Shown one piece after another: positions 28,927 through 36,905 of a DNA stretch of 42,331 nucleotides. The stretch covers positions 1-42,331 of the forward strand of contig JBFMGO010000040.1 in NCBI GenBank assembly GCA_040752695.1, written 5' to 3'. Below the pieces are notes generated by a model. The model saw only the letters and a list, made by a program, of their open reading frames with translations. It was not told the origin of the DNA and made no database searches. This stretch comes from a bacterium (lineage in GTDB: Bacteria > SZUA-182 > DTGQ01). Made by a program: the position numbers and the translations under genes. Positions within the stretch are counted from its first letter, which is position 1. Every line of letters begins with the position of its first letter.

Positions 28927-29610
28927 TTATGCACTATGTCTTCTTTTAATACCGACCAGGCCCAGAATACCAGAAGCGAGGAGTAATAATCCGCCGGGAA
29001 TAGGAACAGTGCTGATCTCCATCCGGTAAGGCGTGTCACCCGTAACAAGAACGGGAGCACCTAATCCTACTTTGTGGAACTGATAGAGGTACATTTTACC
29101 AACAAATCCATCTGAAAGGCTGTCTTCACCATCAGAAAAATCTTTGTTGAAGCCAGCATACTGTCCATGTACAGCGTGGCTATCAAATGAATACCAATAT
29201 GAGCTAGGGTTAGAAGTCGAGATTTGAGCGTCACCATCTGCATCCGAATCATTGCTATACCATGCACCTTTAACCGTGCTATTAAAGGCACTCGAAAAGG
29301 TGGTTGTCTTAGTGGTAGAGAATGAAGGAGCAGTGGGACTGGTAGTAGCCCAGTAGTAATCATAGCTACCATCGGTGTTTTTGATATAGCTGAAAAATCC
29401 TGTATAATAACCATCCATGACACCAGGATCCGCAATAGTTTTAACAGCTCCCATACCACTGATAGCACCTAAATCATATCCATACTCAATGCCTTCGACT
29501 TCATTGAAAATAACCTGATAAAGATTTCCTTCTTCCCAATAAGCATTGGCATTACTCATGAGGGCAAATACTAAACATGCAGCAAATAAGATACTGACTA
29601 CTTTCTTCAT
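28927..29610 (-). CDS. PEP-CTERM (VPIP-type) surface protein
   Basis: Signal peptide MKKVVS...ANA (ATG at 29610 with GGAG RBS). C-terminus TVPIPGGLLLLASGILGLVGIKRRHSA. Confidence 0.9.
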   Translation of the reverse strand: MKKVVSILFAACLVFALMSNANAYWEEGNLYQVIFNEVEGIEYGYDLGAISGMGAVKTIADPGVMDGYYTGFFSYIKNTDGSYDYYWATTSPTAPSFSTTKTTTFSSAFNSTVKGAWYSNDSDADGDAQISTSNPSSYWYSFDSHAVHGQYAGFNKDFSDGEDSLSDGFVGKMYLYQFHKVGLGAPVLVTGDTPYRMEISTVPIPGGLLLLASGILGLVGIKRRHSA

Positions 29611-30135
29611 TCGATAGTCTCCATATATGGTACTTGTTATCATCATTATTTTTCAGTGTGATATGCCTTGACTTTGTCAATCTCTTGACCGTTTTTCCCT
29701 CCTTTAATGTCACCCCCTTTCTACAATCATGCCCGCTCTCATTTCTCCTCCCATTCCTCGTCCCCTGACCGCTGTCAGGAGGGGATAGCCAAGAGCGCGC
29801 TGTTGAATATACGGGGCTTCCTGGTCCTTAAAAAAACAAAGAAGTCAGCAAAGTACCCATTTAGGAAAATATTAATTATCATCCATACTCATCATCAATT
29901 TCCGAAGCATTATAAAGTACATTCATTATGAGATTATTATGTCCATATTAATTTCGTATTAATTTAAGTCTTTTCTCGATTCGAAGAAACTTATCGCATG
30001 GATTTTCGGCAACTGGGTCTTTCCTCTGGCAGAGATCTGGTGTTACCGCGCCAAAGGATACCTCGGTCATTTGCGCGAAACGAAGAGCCCTTGCTGCGGC
30101 AGAGGATGGAAAAAGTGTCCTTGTGTAGAGAATAA

Positions 30136-32421
30136 TTATTTCAGGCTGTCGATAAAACAGCCACCTGAACCATTGCCGGAGGAATGGGACTTCGTCGTAA
30201 GAGCAGGGCCACCGATATCGATGATATTTCCATCAGCGACCAGGTCGTCGTCCCCTCTTTCGCCGTCGATAAAATAGAGAGTGATAATATTCCCTTGGAT
30301 TTTGGCTCCGGTTTGACCATCGTATAAAAAGGCATACCAATGAGGATTATCAGGATCATCGGGTGTGGGACCATATTTATAATAGGTATCGGAGGTGATT
30401 TCCGGTGGAAGATAAATGGTCACTGTGGTCGATCCGTCAGTATTTAAACTGCTTAACGAAAAATTGAGCTCAAATAAACCCCAGAGGATAACATCAGAGG
30501 GAGGATTGGGAACATCGCCGAGATCGCTCAGGTCAATGGGTATCATCTCCGGGATCTGGATTAAAGAGGGTGATGCGAGGGTGATGTAATACTGGCCGTT
30601 ACCAATATGCAGAGAAGCGACATTGGGTTGAAGGCAATCCGCAATACCATCTCCATTGCCGTCATAATTCGGGTTATCCCCTTTCGGTCCTTTTTCTTCG
30701 ATATCGGGTACACGGTCTTCATCGGTATCAATATCGTAAATGGAGATGAAGGTTACTGTCACCTCCCGGTCCCTATCCACCGTGACGGTGTTGGTAGTAT
30801 TTTTTATACCGTCATGGTCGGTCCCTTTCCATGATTGTAGCTGATAGCCAGCGTCCGGTGTCGCTTTCAGCGTGACTCTGGTGGTATCCGTATACGTTCC
30901 CGAACTCGGCTCCAGGCTGCCGTTGCCTATTACCCTGCTCGTTAATTGATAGGGCAGCATGGTAAAAGTTGCCTTGACTTTGACCGCCTTGTTACCATCC
31001 GGCTTGACAATCGTTGTATCATCCGTATCGTTCGGGTCATTATCCCAATGATCAAATATCCACCCTGAATAGGGGTGGGCTTTCAGCTCGACCGTATCGC
31101 AACATGCAGGATATTGCTCTACCGTACCTTGCCCATCGATAGTAACTTTTACGATATTGGGATCGATGATGATAAGAGGGGGCTTTTCCAGACACTCGGC
31201 TTTTCCAAAAGATCCTGCGAACTTGGATACATCCAGGTCTTTTATAGAATTTTCGCAATCCTCATAATGAGCCAGATCTCTTCCATCAACATCATCGTCA
31301 TTGTCAAAGTCGCCCCAGCATTTTCCCGTTTCCTTGAAGACAGCGGATATCTCTTTGTCATTATTCATCTTTATGGTAACAGGATTGTTTTGATCCTCCT
31401 GGTACCATCCCCATTCAATAAATCTCCAATCCATGGCTGCGTTCGCTTTGAGCTGGACATCAATATCTTTCATCAGGGTGATTACCGTATCTTTCTTGGC
31501 ACACTCCATGACATCAAACAGGATAACGTTTCCGTCAGCATCAATTTTCGGCAGTATCTTCAGATCATTCGGATCATACCAGGGGATAACGCCCACGGTC
31601 CCCTGACCTTCAATGGTTAATGTTAACGTGACAAAAGGATTTAATACCACGCTGCCGTCTTCATAAAAACGGAGCATGGCAATATAAGGTGTGTGTTTAC
31701 CTTCAATAAATCCGGCTTCCCATGTAGTTTTTAATGGGTTAGATGGATCTGGTATCTTTTTCCCTTCGAATTTGTAGAGATATGCATCTACATAATAACA
31801 GGAATTCGGGTTATTAAAAGCCTCCACACTTATTTCACCTGCACCTTGATCTAATAACCCACCAAGACTTCCCAGTGTTTTTCCAATAAAATTCATATTA
31901 AAGTAATAGGATTTTGGACTTGTTTTAGGTGAGGGGATAGAAACTACATTCCTTTTTCCGTCCTTTCCTTCAAGCATTGTATAACAGCCTGCTACCATAT
32001 TGAAGGCGCTTTCAAAGGTGGTAAGTTGCCTCTCATAGTGAACATCCGGTTTTCCCGTTGAATTTGTTACGAAATAGGCGATATAACAATTGGGTATCCC
32101 CATGGTCTTGTCAGCATAGATCCTTTTGTGAGAGAACATAGCCATACGAAGATCATTCCAGTTATTCTTTGCAAAATATCCAATCCGAAAACCTGCTTCA
32201 GGTTGGATAAGTGTGACGTTTCTGCCTTCCGGGTTGCTGAGATACCAGGATTCGACAGTTCCCAGGTCGACGGCTACTTCTTCATCATTTTCTGTGCCGG
32301 TGATCACTTGGATAAGGTGATCTTGTACGAAGTAGGCAGCCATGGTTTTACTACAGGGAAAAGTGATAGTCATAATTGCTACAACAAAAACGTACGGTAA
32401 CAATTTTATTTTCTTTTTCAT
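30136..32421 (-). CDS. Multidomain surface protein: PEP-CTERM-paralogous N-domain, InlB-B-like repeats, dockerin-like motif, choice-of-anchor-U-like domain, GGCFI tail
   Basis: Three LT..I.G.G.V...V.L.A....W.F..W repeats, GDFDNDDDVDGRDLA, YYKYGPTPDD...HWYAF...ITLYFIDGERGDDD...DGNIIDIGGP, and the end SGNGSGGCFIDSLK. Confidence 0.75.
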   Translation of the reverse strand: MKKKIKLLPYVFVVAIMTITFPCSKTMAAYFVQDHLIQVITGTENDEEVAVDLGTVESWYLSNPEGRNVTLIQPEAGFRIGYFAKNNWNDLRMAMFSHKRIYADKTMGIPNCYIAYFVTNSTGKPDVHYERQLTTFESAFNMVAGCYTMLEGKDGKRNVVSIPSPKTSPKSYYFNMNFIGKTLGSLGGLLDQGAGEISVEAFNNPNSCYYVDAYLYKFEGKKIPDPSNPLKTTWEAGFIEGKHTPYIAMLRFYEDGSVVLNPFVTLTLTIEGQGTVGVIPWYDPNDLKILPKIDADGNVILFDVMECAKKDTVITLMKDIDVQLKANAAMDWRFIEWGWYQEDQNNPVTIKMNNDKEISAVFKETGKCWGDFDNDDDVDGRDLAHYEDCENSIKDLDVSKFAGSFGKAECLEKPPLIIIDPNIVKVTIDGQGTVEQYPACCDTVELKAHPYSGWIFDHWDNDPNDTDDTTIVKPDGNKAVKVKATFTMLPYQLTSRVIGNGSLEPSSGTYTDTTRVTLKATPDAGYQLQSWKGTDHDGIKNTTNTVTVDRDREVTVTFISIYDIDTDEDRVPDIEEKGPKGDNPNYDGNGDGIADCLQPNVASLHIGNGQYYITLASPSLIQIPEMIPIDLSDLGDVPNPPSDVILWGLFELNFSLSSLNTDGSTTVTIYLPPEITSDTYYKYGPTPDDPDNPHWYAFLYDGQTGAKIQGNIITLYFIDGERGDDDLVADGNIIDIGGPALTTKSHSSGNGSGGCFIDSLK

Positions 32422-32473
32422 CTTTTCCTATCCAGTGCTATAGGGGTTAAGGTTTTAATGCTTCTCCCACGAC

Positions 32474-32698
32474 TCAGGTTACTTGTCTTAATATTTCTTC
32501 AAATTTTTCGACCCGTGCAATACATCCTTGTGTAAAGTTAATCTTTATGTAGCCAGTGAACTTTTCCTCTGACAGTCCTTTAAGGTACTCTAAGAGAGCA
32601 GCGGTTTTATTGGTAGAGTTTTTCTTATTTTTCGAGGCATCCATGCCGCTTTTTCCCTCAGCATTATCCCTGGATTTTTCATCATCTTGTTTTGCCAC
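32474..32698 (-). CDS. Small hypothetical protein (DUF2292/YezD-like)
   Basis: GTG start with a strong GGAGGA RBS. Core LLEYLKGLSEEKFTGYIKINFTQGCIARVEKFEE has a helix followed by an F.G.I.I....G.I..VEK.E pattern. Confidence 0.65.
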   Translation of the reverse strand: MAKQDDEKSRDNAEGKSGMDASKNKKNSTNKTAALLEYLKGLSEEKFTGYIKINFTQGCIARVEKFEEILRQVT

Positions 32699-32824
32699 AG
32701 TTTAATCCTCCGGAGGCTTTTAAAACAATTTTTAAAACAATCAACAACTCTCATCCATGAAACATTCCCCCTGATCCGTAACACTTTGAAGTAGTAAATT
32801 TTTTTCATTTCATTTCACCCAGGG

Positions 32825-35281
32825 CTACAGCATTCTCAGCTTCTCAAGTTCTTTCCTGGCCTCTCGTGTTTCATCCAGATTCATCGGGGAATCAGCGGCT
32901 TTTTCCAGATAGCGACAGGCATTGTCTTTGTCTCCCCCTTTTAAATAGCACATTCCCAAATGGTAGGCATACACCGGATTACTCATACTCAGGCGTCCAA
33001 GGTTCTTATAGATTTCTATCCCTTTTTGATACTGCCCCTGTTTACAATAAATCCAGGCCAAGGTATCCATGGCGTTATATTGATTGGGATGATCCTGGAC
33101 AAACTGGGCGGCCATGACTTGAGCTTTCTCTAAATTTTCCTTTGAAGGAAAATATTCCGCATACATATAGGCCAGGTTATTGGCGGCGAGCGAGAAGGTG
33201 GGATATACTTCTAAAATCTTCTCAAAAGTATCTTTGGCCTTGCCGTACTCTTTATCCTTTAAATAAAGCAGCCCGCAGGCAAAATCGGAAAGGGGGTGCT
33301 GCGGGTTTTTCTTTTTGAGTTCCTGAAAAAAGGCCAGTCCCCAGCCGTGCTTTCCCTCCCGTGAAAACAACTCAACCAGTTGAGAGTAGGGCGTAAGCCA
33401 GCCAGGCTGGGCCGTAATGGCCTGGACAAAGGCTTTCCTGGCCTCCTCTTTATCTTGATTGACGATATGAATGCGGCCCAGCAAGTCGTACATGATATGG
33501 TCAGGAAACTTTTTAAAATGCCGGGAGCATATCTGTAGTGCTTCATCCGCTTTTTTCTCTTCGAGAAGACAACCGACAAGACCCTCCAGCGCAGGGAAAT
33601 AGCCGCTTTTGCCTGCAAGCGCTTTTTGAAACCGCGTCTTGGCTTCCTCTTTCTTTTTTTGCTTTATGGATAGTATTCCCAACTGATAATGAGCCATTGG
33701 ATTATTAGGATCTACTTCCAGCACCTTTTGATAGGAGCTTTCCGCTTTACTCAATTCATTCATCTTCGCATACGTATCACCGAGCTTACCCAGAATGGCG
33801 ATATCTTTTGGATTTTTGTCTGCCAGCGTCTTGAGCTGAGTGACGATATCCTCTACGGCCTCTTGCCTCCAGTAGATATCAAGGAGAGAATCGAGAGAGG
33901 AGTATAATTTGGGATTCAAGGCGAGCGCTTTTTTCAGGTAATCTACTGCCAGATTCTCTTTCTTATTTAACAGATGCGCCCTGGCCAGCCGGTCATACGC
34001 CGGAGCATAGTTTGGCTCCTGGTTAATGCAATGGTTAAATTCGCCAATAGCCTCAAGTCCTTTCTTATATCCTAAAAATATCTCACCCCGTAAAAAATGG
34101 GCTTTGAAATCCTTGGGATTTTTTGCGATAACCTGATTGAGTTCCGTTAAGGCCAAATCAGGCTTGTTTTGATCTGCATAGAGCCGGGCAAGCTGATTCG
34201 ATATTGCCAGAGACTCTACACTCTCCGGCTCAAGAGCAGCCGTTTCCTTCAAAAGCTCAATGGTTTTTTCCGTTTGTTGATGGTCTTTATAAAAAGCTGC
34301 AAGAGCAAGACGAAGCTTATAGCCGGGAGAGATCTTTTTGATACCCTCTTGCAGAATCACCCGTGCCTTATCCTCTTCTTTGTTATTCGCATATGTCTGG
34401 GCCAGTAATATGCGGTATTCCTCTTTGTCCGGCTCCTCATCTATCAGCTTCTGCAATACCGCTTTTCCTTTATCAGCCGATTTTTCAATCTGAAGGTAGA
34501 ACCGGGCAAGAAGGAGTTGATCTTTATTGTTTTTGTAAATCTTCTCTGCCGCATCCAATTTATCCTGAATGATAGAGACATTAGCCAGGGCAAGAGAAAG
34601 TACTGATGTATCCTTGAGCCTGGAAATGCCTTCCCTTAAAATATTTTCCGATTTTTCCAGGTATTTTTGCCGAAGATATATTTGAGAGAGCAAAAGATAG
34701 GCTTGGATGCTGTTATCTTCATGGGCAACGCCCTTGCCGGTGCCTTCGCCGGTACGTTCAGGACTACTGTCTCCAAGAGAGATAATCTTCCTGAGAATTT
34801 TCTCTGCCTGGGGATATTGTCCCTGAGTAAAAAAAAGAGAGGATTTCAAAAGAAGGGCTTCGCTATTCGAGGGTTCCTTTTGGAGTACCAGCTCGACCCT
34901 TTCCTTTGCTTCATCCCATTTTTTCGCCAGAAGATAGATACGTCCCAGAAGAATTTGAGCTTCCAGATAGTCTGGATTCAGCTCAATCGCTTTACTGGCC
35001 ATGACAAATGCCTTATTCAAATCTTTAAGCTGAAATTCGCAGGAAGCCAGATTATAGTATCCTTTGTCAAATTTGGGATCAACTTTCAAAGCATTTTTAA
35101 ATTCTAATTTGGCTTTGGTATAATCCGATTTTTCCATGAGCTGTATTCCCCTTTGATAGTATTTTTCTTTCATATCCTTGGGGGATGAACACTGAGTAAT
35201 CCATATTCCCATAAAAAGAACGATAACGATGTATACTATTTTCTTCTTGCTTATCATTTCCTTCATTTTTCTGCCTCTCAT
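32825..35281 (-). CDS. TPR-repeat probable lipoprotein (PrsT-like), second copy
   Basis: Hydrophobic N-terminus ending IWITQC, AKLEFKNALKVDPK, TPRs throughout, and AANNLAYMYAE...AMDTLAWIY. Confidence 0.8.
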   Translation of the reverse strand: MRGRKMKEMISKKKIVYIVIVLFMGIWITQCSSPKDMKEKYYQRGIQLMEKSDYTKAKLEFKNALKVDPKFDKGYYNLASCEFQLKDLNKAFVMASKAIELNPDYLEAQILLGRIYLLAKKWDEAKERVELVLQKEPSNSEALLLKSSLFFTQGQYPQAEKILRKIISLGDSSPERTGEGTGKGVAHEDNSIQAYLLLSQIYLRQKYLEKSENILREGISRLKDTSVLSLALANVSIIQDKLDAAEKIYKNNKDQLLLARFYLQIEKSADKGKAVLQKLIDEEPDKEEYRILLAQTYANNKEEDKARVILQEGIKKISPGYKLRLALAAFYKDHQQTEKTIELLKETAALEPESVESLAISNQLARLYADQNKPDLALTELNQVIAKNPKDFKAHFLRGEIFLGYKKGLEAIGEFNHCINQEPNYAPAYDRLARAHLLNKKENLAVDYLKKALALNPKLYSSLDSLLDIYWRQEAVEDIVTQLKTLADKNPKDIAILGKLGDTYAKMNELSKAESSYQKVLEVDPNNPMAHYQLGILSIKQKKKEEAKTRFQKALAGKSGYFPALEGLVGCLLEEKKADEALQICSRHFKKFPDHIMYDLLGRIHIVNQDKEEARKAFVQAITAQPGWLTPYSQLVELFSREGKHGWGLAFFQELKKKNPQHPLSDFACGLLYLKDKEYGKAKDTFEKILEVYPTFSLAANNLAYMYAEYFPSKENLEKAQVMAAQFVQDHPNQYNAMDTLAWIYCKQGQYQKGIEIYKNLGRLSMSNPVYAYHLGMCYLKGGDKDNACRYLEKAADSPMNLDETREARKELEKLRML

Positions 35282-35495
35282 TACTTCATTACTTCACTGA
35301 GGCTATCCCTGTCTTCCCTTTTTCGATAGAGCTTCGCCCCGTAAATTCCATCTCATGGTTTTCCTTTCAAATATGAAACCGGTAAAACTCGCAATCAATT
35401 CTTATGAATGCCTTAGAATGCTTTATAAGTGCCTTATGAATGATTGCCAGCAAATCTTATGAATGATTATTGATAAATCATGGTTAGCGTAAGGA

Positions 35496-35560
35496 AAATC
35501 AACAGCATTCAGGATATTTGAGATCAACGGTGATCAGGATATTTGAAATCAACAGCGAAA
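35496..35560. repeat. 25-bp imperfect tandem repeat (about 2.5 copies)
   Basis: aaatcaacagcattcaggatatttg / agatcaacggtgatcaggatatttg / aaatcaacagcga. Confidence 0.8.
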
Positions 35561-35733
35561 AATTCAGAAAATCAAAGTCTGCTCTATGATACGGAAGATT
35601 TGCTAGGAGAAAGTCAGAATTATGTTATTTTTTCATTAAAGGTTTATTCTTCTAAACAAACAACAGGTTATTTCCATTCATTGGGGAGAGGGATGAAAAC
35701 CTGCCGCCTAATTTCATACGCGCTGTACGAAGG

Positions 35734-35765
35734 CCAGAGTATCAGGCATCCAGAGTATCAGGCAT
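35734..35765. repeat. Perfect 16-bp tandem duplication 9 nt downstream of the FN3 gene stop
   Basis: ccagagtatcaggcat x2. Confidence 0.9.
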
Positions 35766-35774
35766 GATGTACAC

Positions 35775-36209
35775 TCATGGAAATCGATGAGTGCTGGAAA
35801 GATGGGCGATGAAGCATCCACTCCCATAGGAACCATCAGATGTTGCCGACGAAATGCCGGTAATCAAAAGGGGAGAGACTTCCTTCGAATAGTCGCTCTT
35901 CTGATGATAAACATCATAGGCAGTGACGGCAAGGAAGTATGTTTTTCCATCATCAAGACCGGTCAGTATATAGCTGGTCACATTACCCGCATCGACAGGA
36001 GAGTTGCCCTGCTGTGCTCCAGTACCATCATAGGGCTCTCCGGAAGAGGCGGCTTTGTAGTAAATTTTGTATCCTGCCACATTCTGGTTTGCTTTCCAGG
36101 CAAGGGCGATATCGAGGGCATACGTTTTTGATATGATGAGGAGGGAAGGGAAAAGAGTGAAAGAGAGCGTTATTGTCCAGGCAGACAAATAGTGGAATAC
36201 CTTTTTCAT
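35775..36209 (-). CDS. Small secreted fibronectin type III domain protein with a GCFI tail
   Basis: Signal peptide; LAW...VAGYKIYY...TSYILTGLDDGKTYFLAVTAYD...SDYSKEV; ends GSYGSGCFIAHLSSTHRFP; AAGGAG RBS. Confidence 0.85.
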   Translation of the reverse strand: MKKVFHYLSAWTITLSFTLFPSLLIISKTYALDIALAWKANQNVAGYKIYYKAASSGEPYDGTGAQQGNSPVDAGNVTSYILTGLDDGKTYFLAVTAYDVYHQKSDYSKEVSPLLITGISSATSDGSYGSGCFIAHLSSTHRFP

Positions 36210-36492
36210 GCTGTGCTCCTTCGATATTCACATGCGTAAGAAAGGTTGAGGAGATCCCGATCCAACAGTAACAACTTCCTCATCAGCCGCTGGTTGCCGG
36301 TTCCTTGGTAACTCGCTATTTCATCACAGCTTTTTGGAGCACCTACGATAATGTAATACTATTCGATGGTTATACCCATCACAGTATTTTTTGTCTTGCC
36401 TGGACTATTTCTTCACCTCTTTCCTGAGTGGATGGTATAAAAGCCCCATCCCGGCTTTTGTCGAAAAAGTCGGATTACGAAACGCCCATTAC

Positions 36493-36665
36493 CTATTTCC
36501 TGATCCGGTAACCCACTTTTCGTATGGTTTCGATATGCTCGCCTGCACTGCCCAGTTTTTTTCTCAGCCCGGCGATCTGCACATCGATAGACCGCTCTGT
36601 CACTGCGTAGTCATCGCCTTTGACAGCGTTAATGACTGATTACGGGTAAAGACCCATCGTGCCAA
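36493..36665 (-). pseudogene. Frameshifted relic of an OmpR/PhoB-family winged-helix DNA-binding domain
   Basis: Manual translation: LARWVFTRNQ-(1-nt frameshift)-INAVKGDDYAVTERSIDVQIAGLRKKLGSAGEHIETIRKVGYRIRK*. No receiver domain was found upstream. Confidence 0.85.
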
Positions 36666-36905
36666 ATTGATGTTCTTCTCAAGTGATACCCCACCCTCAC
36701 ATGAAGAGGTTTTTATGCCAGGCGATGACAAAGGTGGCTCGTTTAATGCTACCGGGCACGGCAAACTGGTTGAGATAATTCCTGCGGGGGCAGTACTTTA
36801 GGTATATGAGGAAAGGCAGGGAGCCAAAAACCAGCAATTTGAAGACAGGGGGACAGGGAGAAATACCAAAAGGGAGGAATGACAGCCTGCTCCTGTCCCT
36901 TTTCG

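Noticed and set aside
32590..32808. 72-aa minus-strand ORF
   Set aside because: It overlaps the 74-aa ORF, which has the better RBS and a recognisable pattern.
35449..35464. Sigma54 promoter for the TPR-headed operon
   Set aside because: The minus strand reads ATTCATAAGATTTGCT. The -12 TTGC is good but the invariant -24 GG is absent.
36760..36810. Cyclic-di-GMP-I riboswitch (ggcaaactggttgaga...)
   Set aside because: The GGCAAA start is present, but the pairing strand and the GACGCAAA segment are missing. It also points away from the minus-strand genes.
36850..36899. Terminator after yjbQ (gggacagg...cctgtccc)
   Set aside because: The loop of about 30 nt is too long and there is no clear U-tract, so it is too weak to call.
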